A stretch of 64,000 nucleotides of DNA, from assembly GCA_035063585.1 (NCBI GenBank), contig JAPSGB010000013.1, positions 32,001 through 96,000 of the forward strand, read 5' to 3'. Positions 1 through 9,647 of this stretch are shown piece by piece (the stretch's first letter is position 1; each line of letters opens with the position of its first letter). The position numbers and the translations under genes are program-made. Below the pieces are notes generated by a model. The model had not been told where the DNA came from. It searched no databases and worked only from the letters and a program-made list of their open reading frames with translations. The DNA is from Polyangiaceae bacterium. GTDB taxonomy: Bacteria > Myxococcota_A > Polyangia > Polyangiales > Polyangiaceae.

Positions 1-2
1 AC

Positions 3-428
3 CGCACCGGCGAGCTCTGCGTCACGCCGTGCGTCGTGGATCTGCCGGTCGGTCGCTACGAGCTCTACATGACGAGCGCCGACGGCACCTACGCGCGCGG
101 CGACACCGACACCCTGATCGTCGCGGAGGGGCTCACGCAATACGAGCGCGCGCCTGGTAAGTACGTGCAGCCGGACTGGATCCCGATCGCGCCGACGGCG
201 GTGGTGATCCTCGGCGCGCTCGCCGCGCTCGGCGGCGCGGGCCTCGTCAGCAGCAGCGAGGGTGACTCGACCCGCATCGCGGGCGGAGCGCTGCTCGCTG
301 GCGGGGTCGTCACCGTCGGTTTCGGCGGAGTGTGGCTCTACGACGCCAAGCGCGGCGCCATCCAGGCTGGCGCGACGACGCAGTGGACGCTCCCTCGGAC
401 CCCACCCAACCCTGGAGGAGAACCGTGA
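3..428 (+). CDS. Hypothetical membrane protein, 5'-truncated by the window edge (PEGA-like N-terminal remnant, two C-terminal TM helices)
   Basis: Frame is open from position 3 (RTGELCVTPCVVDLPVGRYEL...). Two hydrophobic Gly-rich segments. Stop overlaps the next GTG. Confidence 0.6.
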   Translation, partial: RTGELCVTPCVVDLPVGRYELYMTSADGTYARGDTDTLIVAEGLTQYERAPGKYVQPDWIPIAPTAVVILGALAALGGAGLVSSSEGDSTRIAGGALLAGGVVTVGFGGVWLYDAKRGAIQAGATTQWTLPRTPPNPGGEP

Positions 429-742
429 AAAAGACCCTCATCATGCTGTTTCTGTCGCTCACCGCCGGCTGCGCGACCAGCTTCACCGGTAGCCCGCACG
501 TGGAAAACGGCCGCCAAGGCTGCGAGTCCAAGTGCAAGTCGCAAGGCATGGAAGTCGCCGGAATGGTCTACATGGGCGAGTACACCGACGGCTGCGTGTG
601 CGTCGTCCCGGGGCAGAGCGCGAGCCGCCGCCAACTCTTGATGGCGGCCGCCAACGGCGCCGCGGCCGGCTCGGCCGGTGTCGTCCTACAAATGCGACGA
701 CAGCAGGAGGAGAACCAGCGACAGTCGCTCTTCTTCCACTGA
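425..742 (+). CDS. Small Cys-containing lipoprotein
   Basis: GGAGGAG SD before GTG 425. Signal peptide/lipobox [21 protein letters not shown] and CVC motifs. Confidence 0.7.
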   Translation: MKKTLIMLFLSLTAGCATSFTGSPHVENGRQGCESKCKSQGMEVAGMVYMGEYTDGCVCVVPGQSASRRQLLMAAANGAAAGSAGVVLQMRRQQEENQRQSLFFH

Positions 743-819
743 GCGGCGCGCCGCGTCAGCCTTCGGTACGAATCCTGCGTTCCCGCGACGAACCGACCAC
801 CAACCCAAGAGGCTCACCC

Positions 820-1287
820 ATGCAGATCGACATCGGTATCGACGAGAAGGCGCGCGAGCAGATCGCCAGCGCGCTCGCCAAGGTCCAGGCGGACACCTAC
901 ACGCTCTACCTGAAGACGCACAATTTTCACTGGAACGTCACCGGCCCCATGTTCCAGACGCTGCACCTCATGTTCGAGACCCACTACAACGAGCTCTGGG
1001 TCGCGGTGGACGAGCTCGCCGAGCGCATCCGCGCCCTTGGATACCCCGCGCCCGGTTCGTACCGTCAGTTCTCGAAGCTCTCGTCGATCGAAGACGAAGA
1101 GGGCGTACCCACCGCGGAAGAGATGATCCGGCAGCTCGTGGCTGGTCACCAGACGACCGCGCGGACCGCGCGGGCGGCCTTTCAGATCGCGAACGACGCC
1201 AACGATCAGCCCACCTGCGATCTATTGACGCAGCGGATGCAGATCCACGAAAAAACCGCGTGGATGCTCCGTAGCTTGCTGGCGTAG
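820..1287 (+). CDS. dps: Dps family ferritin-like DNA protection protein
   Basis: [29 protein letters not shown] and HEKTAWML motifs. Confidence 0.95.
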   Translation: MQIDIGIDEKAREQIASALAKVQADTYTLYLKTHNFHWNVTGPMFQTLHLMFETHYNELWVAVDELAERIRALGYPAPGSYRQFSKLSSIEDEEGVPTAEEMIRQLVAGHQTTARTARAAFQIANDANDQPTCDLLTQRMQIHEKTAWMLRSLLA

Positions 1288-1312
1288 CGCGCCAGGGGGG
1301 CGCGCGGCGCTG

Positions 1313-2089
1313 CTACCTCGAGACGCGCGCGCCCGCGTGGAGGAGCGACTGGAAGCGATCCGTGGTCGCGACCAACACCGGGCTCGCCTGGTCGAGCCCA
1401 AGCCCTCGGAGGTGCTCGACCATGGCGTGGCGCGACTCGCCCAGCTCGAGGCGCAGCCCCCCACCGCGACGGAGGCGCTGCGCCCCGCGCACGTCCACCG
1501 GGGTGCGGATGAGCTCTCCCTCGAACATCGAGTAGGTGGTGAGCGACAGCGGCGGCGCCGGAACACCACGACCGAGCTCGCCCGACAAGCGCACGATCTC
1601 GCCCTCGCCGTCCGGATCGAGCACCGCCGCGTCGAAACGATCGGTGGCGAGCGCGAAGGGGAGCCGAGTCACGAACTTCGGGAAGCCCCAGAGCTCACGA
1701 CCGGCCGCGTTCGCGATGGCGGTGGACACCGGCAAGTCGACGATGAACACGCCGAGCTCACGCTCGCGCGGCGCGCGGAAGAGCTCGAGCGCTCCGAGGC
1801 GCGGCGGCGTCGCGCGCGCGGGGCGCACCGGGAGCGCGAGACCGACCTCGCCGTAGGCGCCGATGGTCGTGTCGCGGTACTCGTAGAACGCGAGCCCGGC
1901 GAACGCGCGCCCGCTCCGCGCGAGCGCGGGCTCGAGCGGCGTCCCGGCGAGCAACTCCCGAGCGCGCAGCTCGGGCACCCGAAAGATCGCCACCACGGCG
2001 CTCACCTCGCGGTAGCGGATCGGCAGCTCGACGAGCCCTTGGCTCGTACGATGTGCGGTCAGCGGGACGTCGAAGAAATCACGCGGCAT
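1313..2089 (-). CDS. Acetoacetate decarboxylase-like (ADC superfamily) protein
   Basis: YRDTTIGAYGE, DLPV and GRELWGFPK motifs. Confidence 0.85.
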   Translation of the reverse strand: MPRDFFDVPLTAHRTSQGLVELPIRYREVSAVVAIFRVPELRARELLAGTPLEPALARSGRAFAGLAFYEYRDTTIGAYGEVGLALPVRPARATPPRLGALELFRAPRERELGVFIVDLPVSTAIANAAGRELWGFPKFVTRLPFALATDRFDAAVLDPDGEGEIVRLSGELGRGVPAPPLSLTTYSMFEGELIRTPVDVRGAQRLRRGGGLRLELGESRHAMVEHLRGLGLDQASPVLVATTDRFQSLLHAGARVSR

Positions 2090-2135
2090 CGGTCATACCT
2101 CTCGAGAGCGCGCCGCGCGCGTCCTGGGGTGTGTG

Positions 2136-3650
2136 TCAGGAGGGCTCTGGCGGAGTCCAGCGCAGCCGCGGCTTGCGCGCCGCGCGCGCCTCGTCCAGCC
2201 GCCCGACGCGCGTGACGTGCGGCGCCGTCTTGACGAGCTCGGGGTTCTCCCTCGCCTCGCGGAGGATGTCGCCGATCGCCTCGGCGAAGGCGTCGAGCGT
2301 CTGCTTCGTCTCCGTCTCGGTCGGCTCGACCATGAGCGCGCCGCGGACCACGAGCGGGAAATACACGGTCGGCGGATGGAACCCGTAGTCGATGAGTCGC
2401 TTGGCAAGATCGAGCGTCTTTACGCCCGTCTCGGCTTCGAGGGCCTTGTCCGTGAACACGGCCTCGTGGAGCGCCGGCGTCGCGTAGGCGAGCGGCAGGT
2501 GCTCTTCGAGTCGGCGAGCCAGGTAGTTCGCGTTCAGGACGGCGAGATCGCTCACCTTACGGAGCCCGTACGGGCCGAGCTCGCGGATGTACGCATAGGC
2601 GCGCACCATCATGCCGAAGTTGCCGAAGAACGAACGGACGCGGCCGATGCTCGACGGCCGATCCCAGTAGACGCGATACGCGGCGCCGTCGCGACGCACC
2701 ACCGGCGACGGCTGGAAGGGCTCGAGCACTTTCTTGAACGCGACCGGGCCGGAGCCGGGGCCGCCGCCGCCGTGCGGCGTGGTGAACGTCTTGTGCAGGT
2801 TGAACTGCATCACGTCGATGCCCACGTCTCCGGGGCGCGCGCGGCCGAGCACCGCGTTCATGTTCGCGCCGTCGCCGTAGACGAGGCCGCCGCGCTTGTG
2901 CACGAGCTCGACCAGCCGCGGCATCGCGCTCTCGTAGAGCCCGAGCGTGTTCGGGTTGGTCATCATCATGCCCGCGACGTCGTCACCGGCTTGCTCGAGC
3001 GCGGCGAGCAGCGTCTCGGGCTCGACCACGCCGGCGCTGCCGGACGGGAACGCTACCGCGTCGAAACCGTTGAGCGCCGAGCTCGCGGGGTTCGTGCCGT
3101 GCGCGCTGTCCGGGATGAAGATCTTCTTGGGCGAGCGACCGCGCGACTCGTGATAGGCGCGGATCATCATGAGGCCGGTGAGCTCGCCTTGCGCGCCCGC
3201 CGCGGGCTGCAAGCTCACGCCATCCATCCCCACGATCTCGGCGAGCAGCGCCTCGAGCCGCACCATGAGCTCGAGCGCGCCCTGCGCGAGGTGCTCGGGC
3301 GTCCACGGGTGGAGCGCCGCGAACCCGTCGAGGCGCGCCGCCCACTCGTTCACCTTCGGGTTATATTTCATGGTGCACGACCCGAGCGGATAAAACTGCG
3401 TGTCGATGCAGAAGTTCCACTGGGAGAGGCGCACGAAGTGCCGGAACGCCTCGGGTTCGCTCACCTCGGGCAGCCCCGCCGGCGTCTTTCGAGCGAGCGC
3501 GCCGAACGCGAGCGCCGGATCGACGGGCGGGACGTCGAGCGTAGGCAGCGACGCGCCGTGGCGCCCCGGCGCTCCTCGCTCGAAAATCGGCGGCTCGATG
3601 AAGGAGAGGCCCGGTGCCGCCTCGGCGGCGCTCGAAGACGGAGTCGTCAT
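2136..3650 (-). CDS. gcvPB: Glycine dehydrogenase (decarboxylating) P-protein subunit 2
   Basis: YPLGSCTMKYNPK, QPAAGAQGE, SAHGTNPAS and PLP-Lys motif NLHKTFTTPHGGGGPG. Confidence 0.95.
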   Translation of the reverse strand: MTTPSSSAAEAAPGLSFIEPPIFERGAPGRHGASLPTLDVPPVDPALAFGALARKTPAGLPEVSEPEAFRHFVRLSQWNFCIDTQFYPLGSCTMKYNPKVNEWAARLDGFAALHPWTPEHLAQGALELMVRLEALLAEIVGMDGVSLQPAAGAQGELTGLMMIRAYHESRGRSPKKIFIPDSAHGTNPASSALNGFDAVAFPSGSAGVVEPETLLAALEQAGDDVAGMMMTNPNTLGLYESAMPRLVELVHKRGGLVYGDGANMNAVLGRARPGDVGIDVMQFNLHKTFTTPHGGGGPGSGPVAFKKVLEPFQPSPVVRRDGAAYRVYWDRPSSIGRVRSFFGNFGMMVRAYAYIRELGPYGLRKVSDLAVLNANYLARRLEEHLPLAYATPALHEAVFTDKALEAETGVKTLDLAKRLIDYGFHPPTVYFPLVVRGALMVEPTETETKQTLDAFAEAIGDILREARENPELVKTAPHVTRVGRLDEARAARKPRLRWTPPEPS

Positions 3651-3664
3651 GTCGCGAGCTCGGC

Positions 3665-4252
3665 TCAGGGGTTCGGAGCTTCGGAGTCGCCGCTCGGACT
3701 CTGCTCTTCCTGGTTCGGAGTCGCGTCGTCCCATCCGCCCCCGACGTTGCCGCGATCGTAGCGATCCGGGATCACCTTCTTGCAGTCGGGCACCTGGCGC
3801 TCTTGCTTCACCGCCGTCCACGTATCGCCCGCGTCGCTCTCGCCGGTGCCCCACTGCCCGTCGATCACATCGGCCTCGCCCGCCTTCGGCCGCCCGTACT
3901 TGAAGTACCCCTTGCCGGCCTTCTGCGCGGCGGCGCCGACCTGCCCGATCTTCTGGTTCTGCCAGCTATAGCGGAGCAGGTTCCCCTCGACCTTCCCGCT
4001 CATCTGCCCGAATTCGTCGCCGGCCGTGTTCCGCCAGCAGCCGGTCACGGTGTCCCCCTCCTTGATGAGGTGGAGGTAACCGTAGAGCTCGCTGTAGTAC
4101 ACGCCGGTCCAGTCGCCACCGTCGGGCATGGTGCCGGGCTGGACAGCCGCGTGGACGACCTTCTGCCCGCCGCCACAGGCGGCGAGCGTGAGGGGAGCGA
4201 GCGCGAACGCGCCGCCGAGAGCGATGCGAGTGACGAGCCTCGGGACGAACAT
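3665..4252 (-). CDS. Hypothetical lipoprotein (beta-rich)
   Basis: Signal peptide with lipobox LAAC. TGG-TAGAGT box 7 nt upstream of the ATG. Confidence 0.75.
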   Translation of the reverse strand: MFVPRLVTRIALGGAFALAPLTLAACGGGQKVVHAAVQPGTMPDGGDWTGVYYSELYGYLHLIKEGDTVTGCWRNTAGDEFGQMSGKVEGNLLRYSWQNQKIGQVGAAAQKAGKGYFKYGRPKAGEADVIDGQWGTGESDAGDTWTAVKQERQVPDCKKVIPDRYDRGNVGGGWDDATPNQEEQSPSGDSEAPNP

Positions 4253-4387
4253 GGCGCGGACTCTACCACGGGTTTCGCGACTGCGATCCACTCGTCGAAG
4301 CGCGCACCTCGCTTCGGGGAGCCTGGATGGTCGGGCCGGCGCGGCCGGCGGCGCGCTCCGGCGCCCTCGGCCCCGCCGACCCAGCCG

Positions 4388-5287
4388 TCAGCCAGCGCGG
4401 AGCGCGCGCCCGAGCTCGACCCCGAGCGCGCGCGCCTCCGCGGCGTTCGCCGGCCACGCGGCGCGCACCTCGCGGCGGCGCGCCCGCGAGCCGTCCGGCT
4501 CGGCGAGCATCGCGCGGAGGAGCATCTGCCCCCCGTCGCGGATGGCGTAGCCGGCCACCGGCACCTGGCAGCTCCCGTCCACCGCGACCATGACGCCGCG
4601 CTCGGCCTCGACCATGAGCGCGGTCTCCGCGTGGGCGAGCGGCGCGATGCGCTCGAGCACGCGGTCGTCCCCCGCGCGGATCTCGATGGCGAGCGCCCCC
4701 TGCCCGACCGCGGGCAGACAGCGCTCGGGCTCGAGCACCTCGGTGATCTCGTCCGCGAGCCCGAGCCGGAGGAGCCCAGCGCGCGCGAGGATCACCGCCT
4801 CGACCTCGCCCTCGCGGCACTTTCGGAGTCGCGTGTCGACGTTGCCGCGGAGCGCCAAGAACTCCAAATCGGGGCGCCAAGCTGCGAGTTGCACGCGACG
4901 ACGCAGCGACGAGGTGCCGATCCTCGCGCCCGCGGGCAGCTCCGCCAGCGGTCGGCCGTCGCGCGTCACGACCGCGTCGCGCGGATCTTCGCGGAGCGGA
5001 ACGCAGCCGATGGCGAGCGACGGCGCGAGCTCCGCCGGGACGTCCTTCAGCGAGTGCACCGCGAGATCGGCGCGCCCGTCGAGGAGCGCCTCCTCGATCT
5101 CCTTGATGAAGAGCCCCTTGCCGCCGATCTCGCTCAGCGCGCGATCCTGCACCTGGTCGCCGGTCGTCACCACGTGCAACTCCTCGACGGTGAGGTCCGG
5201 GTATCGCTCGGAGAGCTCCCGCATCCACGCCCGCGCCTGAGCCAGGGCGAGCGCGCTGCGACGCGTCGCGACCACCAGTCGTTCCAT
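4388..5287 (-). CDS. hemC: Hydroxymethylbilane synthase (porphobilinogen deaminase)
   Basis: TRRSALALAQ, GGKGLFIKE, VHSLKDVP, GTSSLRR and RGNVDTRL motifs. Confidence 0.97.
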   Translation of the reverse strand: MERLVVATRRSALALAQARAWMRELSERYPDLTVEELHVVTTGDQVQDRALSEIGGKGLFIKEIEEALLDGRADLAVHSLKDVPAELAPSLAIGCVPLREDPRDAVVTRDGRPLAELPAGARIGTSSLRRRVQLAAWRPDLEFLALRGNVDTRLRKCREGEVEAVILARAGLLRLGLADEITEVLEPERCLPAVGQGALAIEIRAGDDRVLERIAPLAHAETALMVEAERGVMVAVDGSCQVPVAGYAIRDGGQMLLRAMLAEPDGSRARRREVRAAWPANAAEARALGVELGRALRAG

Positions 5288-6681
5288 CAGCTTGCTCCGC
5301 GTCCCGAGGCCGCCCGCGGCGCCTCGTCGTGGGTCTCGTCGTGGGTCTCGTCGCTCTCAGGCTCGCCGTCGCTCGGAACCGAGCGCGGCTCGGCCTCGAG
5401 CGAGGGGTCGTCGAGGGCGAAGAGCTCGCCCAACATGCTCGTCATTTGATCCACCGACGGCCCCTCTTCGCCGTGCTCCACGGCCAGCTCGCGAAGCCGC
5501 GCGGTCGGGCCGTGCAGCATCTTGTTGAGCGCGGCGTCGAGCATCCTACGGAGCGCGTCGCGCTCGCCCGCCCCGAGGTGCTTCAGCTTGGTCCGAAGGC
5601 TGTGGTCGAGCTCGGCGTAGAGCACGCGGCGCAGGCGGCTGCGGAGCGCGACCACGGTTGGCGTCACCTGCGCGGCCTCTTCCCAGCGCTCGTAGCCGGC
5701 CGTCTCCTCGGCCACGATCGCCTCGGCCCGCTCGGCCTCGCGCGCCCGGCTCGAGACCGAGTCGGCGACCACCCGCGAGAGGTCGTCCACGTTGTAGAGG
5801 AACACGTTGTCGAGCCCGTCGACCGCCGGATCGACGTCGCGGGGCACCGCGAGATCGATGAAGAACAGGCTTCGGCCGCGGCGCTGCTTGCGGAGCGAGC
5901 TCACGAGCTCGAGCTCGACCACATAGGCGGGCGCGCTGGTGCTGGTGATGACGACGTCCGCCTCGACCAGCGCCGCGCGGAGGTCGCTCCACGGCCGCGG
6001 CTCGCCCGCGACCAACCGCGCGAGCTCGGCGACGCGGAGCTCGTTGCGCCCCACCACCGAGAGCCGCGCGCCGGCGCCCGCGAGCAGCCGCGCGGCGGTC
6101 TCGGCCATCTCGCCGGAGCCGATGAGGACCACGCTGCGGCCGCGGAGATCCCCGAAGATCTGCCGGGCGAGATCGACCGCCACGCTCGGCACCGAGACCA
6201 GCCCGGAGCCGATCATGGTCGTCGAGCGCACCCGCTTCGCGGCGCGGATCGCCCGCGACACGACGCGGTGGAGCCGCGGGCCGAGCGTGCCCGCGGCGCG
6301 CGCCGCCTCGAACGCGTCCTTCACCTGGCCGAGGATCTGCGGCTCGCCGAGCACGAGCGAGTCGAGCGACGACGCGACGCGGAAGAGATGGCGCACCCCA
6401 GCGGCCCCCTCGTGCACGTAGAGGTGCTCGCCGAGCCCAGGTGCCCGCTCGACCAGCGCGCGCGTGACGTCGCGGGCGACCTCGCCGAGCTCCGCGTCGG
6501 CCCGCTCGCCCGCCGCAACCACCTCCACCCGGTTGCACGTGGACACCAGCATCGCCTCCCGCACCGACGGCCGCGCAACCAGCTCGGCGAGCACGCGCGG
6601 CGCGATGTCTTTCGGGATCGCGATGAGCTCCCGGACGCTGATGGACGCGGTCCGGTGCGAAAGGCCGACCACGACGATCAT
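5287..6681 (-). CDS. hemA: Glutamyl-tRNA reductase
   Basis: VVGLSHRTA, STCNRVE, SLDSLVLGEPQILGQVK and DLAVPRD motifs. Start overlaps the upstream stop. Confidence 0.97.
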   Translation of the reverse strand: MIVVVGLSHRTASISVRELIAIPKDIAPRVLAELVARPSVREAMLVSTCNRVEVVAAGERADAELGEVARDVTRALVERAPGLGEHLYVHEGAAGVRHLFRVASSLDSLVLGEPQILGQVKDAFEAARAAGTLGPRLHRVVSRAIRAAKRVRSTTMIGSGLVSVPSVAVDLARQIFGDLRGRSVVLIGSGEMAETAARLLAGAGARLSVVGRNELRVAELARLVAGEPRPWSDLRAALVEADVVITSTSAPAYVVELELVSSLRKQRRGRSLFFIDLAVPRDVDPAVDGLDNVFLYNVDDLSRVVADSVSSRAREAERAEAIVAEETAGYERWEEAAQVTPTVVALRSRLRRVLYAELDHSLRTKLKHLGAGERDALRRMLDAALNKMLHGPTARLRELAVEHGEEGPSVDQMTSMLGELFALDDPSLEAEPRSVPSDGEPESDETHDETHDEAPRAASGRGAS

Positions 6682-7499
6682 AGGCCCTCCACGCCGCCCG
6701 GCTTGAGCGCGTAGAGCAGGATCACGAGCAGCACGCAGACCACCCCGGCGATGGTCCCGTAGGCGGCGCGGCGACCGCGCCAGCCGACCGCGGCGCGAAG
6801 CGCGAGCACGCCGGCGACGAGGAACCAGGTCATGAACGCGAGGGCGGTGCGGGCGAGTTCGGCGGCGCTGGCGCTCACGAGATCGGTGGCGAAGATGACG
6901 CCGGTGACGATGCCGAAGGTGAGCAGCGGGAACCCGGCGAGCAAGAGCCTGTGCTCGGTCGTGTCGAGCGCGTCGAGCGGCGGCAGCTTGGCGGTGAGCC
7001 CGCCCGCGCGCTTGGCCTTGAGTCGGCGCTCCTGCACCAGGTAAAAGACGCCGGCCGCGCCGGCCAGCAGAAACAACCCCAGCCCGGCGAGGTTCGCGGT
7101 GATGTGGAGCGCGAGCAGGCCCTTCGGCACGGTCGGCGAGAGGTCGGGCAGGCCCACGAACTCGGCGCCGACCAGGAAGGTGAGCGCGACCGGCGCAATG
7201 AACGCGCCGATCGCGTTCAGCCGGAGGCGGCGCCGCACCAGGAGAAAGACGGTCGTCGCGAGTAGCGCCGAGAGGCTGAGCGCGAAGTGCAGCGACTCGA
7301 CCGGGCTCACCCGGGACCAGACGCTCGCCGCGATCACGTGCGCGCCGTGCATGAGCGCGCCCGCCGCGAGCGCTACCGGCGCCCACCGCGAGGCGACCAG
7401 CGAGCCCTCGCGCCGGGCGAGATCGACGAAGAAGAGCGTCGCTGCCGCCGAGTAGCTGATGACGCCGAGAAAGAACGCGATGGTGGCGACTTGAGCCAT
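6678..7499 (-). CDS. CcsA/HemX-family membrane protein (cytochrome c assembly protein superfamily)
   Basis: About 8 TM segments. YLVQERRLK..LPPLDALD..GFPLLTFGIVTG and GWRGRRAA motifs. Directly upstream of hemA. Confidence 0.85.
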   Translation of the reverse strand: MAQVATIAFFLGVISYSAAATLFFVDLARREGSLVASRWAPVALAAGALMHGAHVIAASVWSRVSPVESLHFALSLSALLATTVFLLVRRRLRLNAIGAFIAPVALTFLVGAEFVGLPDLSPTVPKGLLALHITANLAGLGLFLLAGAAGVFYLVQERRLKAKRAGGLTAKLPPLDALDTTEHRLLLAGFPLLTFGIVTGVIFATDLVSASAAELARTALAFMTWFLVAGVLALRAAVGWRGRRAAYGTIAGVVCVLLVILLYALKPGGVEGL

Positions 7500-7507
7500 C
7501 GCGCGAG

Positions 7508-7918
7508 CTACTCCAGAGCCTCGATCAGATACTGCGCGAGCAGCTCCTCGTCGGTCGTCGCGGTGCTCGGGGGCCCCGAGTCGTCGCTCAGTGACATTCG
7601 CCGGTGCTCGGCGAAGCTGCCGACCGGAGTGCCCAGGAAGCCGCTCACGACCTCGTAGGCGTTGTCACCGATGATCATCGAGTCGCCGAGCAGCTCGGCG
7701 CCGAGCTCCAGCAGATACGCGGTGGTCTTCACCTTGCCGAGGAGCTCGTTCGGGTCGGGCGTGCCGCTCACCTCGGTGAGCACGCGCACCGCCTCGAGCA
7801 CACGGTAGCGGCGGCCCTCCGGGCGCATCACCAGCTCGCCGTCGGTGATGTCCGCGCGCCCCTCGGCCAGCCACTGGTCGAGCGCGAGCTGGGGGAAGAA
7901 GATGCGGCTCTTGCCCAT
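7508..7918 (-). CDS. Hypothetical cytoplasmic protein, first gene of the heme operon
   Basis: Protein-like composition and GC3-biased codons. 8-nt gap to the CcsA-like gene. Confidence 0.75.
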   Translation of the reverse strand: MGKSRIFFPQLALDQWLAEGRADITDGELVMRPEGRRYRVLEAVRVLTEVSGTPDPNELLGKVKTTAYLLELGAELLGDSMIIGDNAYEVVSGFLGTPVGSFAEHRRMSLSDDSGPPSTATTDEELLAQYLIEALE

Positions 7919-8075
7919 CGGGGCCGGGAGCGTAGCGCGGGCGCCGCGCGAGACCAAAGCGCCGGGAAATTTCCGGCCAAGATGCTGATCTTGGGGCGGC
8001 GCGGGACCGCGCGAGGCGCCTCCGCGCGGCTGTCGCGGAGCGTCGGCCTCCGCCGCCGTGATAAGACGGCGGCTC

Positions 8076-8738
8076 GTGATCCCGGTGCTCTCCGCCGTCT
8101 ACGACGCGCTCCTCGAGCGGGCGGTCGCGCCGTCGCACGCCGCGCGCGCGCGCTCGCTCCGCGAGGCGTTCTTCGCGCGCACCGGGCGGTTCCCGCCCGA
8201 CCACCCGGAGAGCGGCGCGCGCGACGCAGCCGCGTGGGAGGACGCTCTCGTGCGCGGCGGGCTCGCGACGCTGCTCGCGCGCGAGCTCGACGACGACGCG
8301 GAGCGTGAGACCGCCTCGACCTTTCGGCGCGCGCAGCGCGGCGCGTTCGTGTTTCGACGGCACCACGGCGCGCTGATCGCGGAAGACCTCTGGTCGAACG
8401 CCGAATTTCTCATCCTGCCGCGCGACGACGTAGCGCGCGAGGTGGCCCTCGACGCGAACGCGAGCGGCGATCGCCCCCTCTGCCAGGCCCGCCTCTTACC
8501 CGGACCGGACGCCTGCGTGGTGCTGCCCGGCGCGGTGTTCCACCCTGCCGACGCGCGCGCCGCCATCGAGCGGACGCTCGCCGTCGCGCGCGAGCGCCGG
8601 CTGTCGACCGATGCGGTGATGGACGGCCTGCTCAAGATGGAGCACACTTGGCGCTCGCTCACCCGAGTGAAGATCGCGTACGCCTATCGGCCCGAGGCGC
8701 TGCCGGGCTCGGGCGCGCCGCCGAACGGGGCTCGGTGA
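8076..8738 (+). CDS. Hypothetical protein
   Basis: Protein-like ORF divergent from the heme operon. Start uncertain (8058 or 8076). Confidence 0.65.
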   Translation: MIPVLSAVYDALLERAVAPSHAARARSLREAFFARTGRFPPDHPESGARDAAAWEDALVRGGLATLLARELDDDAERETASTFRRAQRGAFVFRRHHGALIAEDLWSNAEFLILPRDDVAREVALDANASGDRPLCQARLLPGPDACVVLPGAVFHPADARAAIERTLAVARERRLSTDAVMDGLLKMEHTWRSLTRVKIAYAYRPEALPGSGAPPNGAR

Positions 8739-8802
8739 GGGGGATCCTCTCGACGCGGGGCGCGGATGACGCGCGAAGACTTCGAGCTTATGCTCCCGTC
8801 CG

Positions 8803-9207
8803 ATGAGCCGAACTCGGGACATGGAGAGGCTTCGGGCGGCGCTCGGCGGTCGAAGCGGCGTTCGGCTCGCCGTGCTCTTCGGCTCGCTCGCCCGCGGGAC
8901 GGCGCGCGACGCGTCGGACATCGACGTCGCCGTCGACGGTGACGGGCTCGATCTCGGCGCGCTCGCCCGCGACATTTCGCTCGCCGTCGGACGCGAGGCC
9001 GACGTCGTCGCGCTGCGCGAGGTCGGGCACACGCTCCTCCAAGCGATCGTGCGCGACGGCGTGGTCGTTCACGAAGCGGTACGAGGCGCGGGCGCCTCGT
9101 GGCGCTCGGCGGCGATGGCGCAGCTCGAGACGGACGAGCCCGCGTTCGAGCGGATGCGCGAGGCGTGGTTGCGCCGCGTCGCGCGCCAGGGGATCCTCGA
9201 TGGTTGA
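8803..9207 (+). CDS. mntA: Minimal nucleotidyltransferase (MNT) antitoxin
   Basis: LFGSLARGTARDASDIDVAV matches GSX10DXD. Overlaps the downstream HEPN gene. Confidence 0.85.
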   Translation: MSRTRDMERLRAALGGRSGVRLAVLFGSLARGTARDASDIDVAVDGDGLDLGALARDISLAVGREADVVALREVGHTLLQAIVRDGVVVHEAVRGAGASWRSAAMAQLETDEPAFERMREAWLRRVARQGILDG

Positions 9208-9634
9208 CGCCGCCATCATCGAGGCAAGACTCGTCGAGCTGTCGAAGCGGGTCGCGCGCGCGAGGAAACACTGCCCCCCGAGCGCGGAAGCGCTGACGAC
9301 GAACCACGACGCGCTCGACCTCGTCGCGTTCAATCTCATGCTCGCGGTGCAGACCTGCGCAGACATCTCGAGCCACCTCATCGCCGATGAGGGGTGGGCG
9401 CCGCCGCAGACGATCGCGGGGGGCTTCGTGGTGCTCCGCGATCGAGGAGTGCTGTCGGACGTCACGGCGGCAGCGCTTGGCCGCGCGGTGGGTCTGCGCA
9501 ACGTCGTGGCTCACGGCTACGCGGGCATCGATCCGGCGCGCGTGCACGCCGCCGCCACGACCGGACTCGACGATCTCGACGCCTTCGCCCGCGAGATCGC
9601 AGGTTGGCTCACCGCGCGCCCTAGCTCAACGTGA
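9200..9634 (+). CDS. hepT: HEPN/DUF86 ribonuclease toxin
   Basis: RNVVAHGY matches RX4HXY. 144 aa, coupled to MNT. Confidence 0.88.
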   Translation: MVDAAIIEARLVELSKRVARARKHCPPSAEALTTNHDALDLVAFNLMLAVQTCADISSHLIADEGWAPPQTIAGGFVVLRDRGVLSDVTAAALGRAVGLRNVVAHGYAGIDPARVHAAATTGLDDLDAFAREIAGWLTARPSST

Positions 9635-9647
9635 GCCCGCGCTCGGC

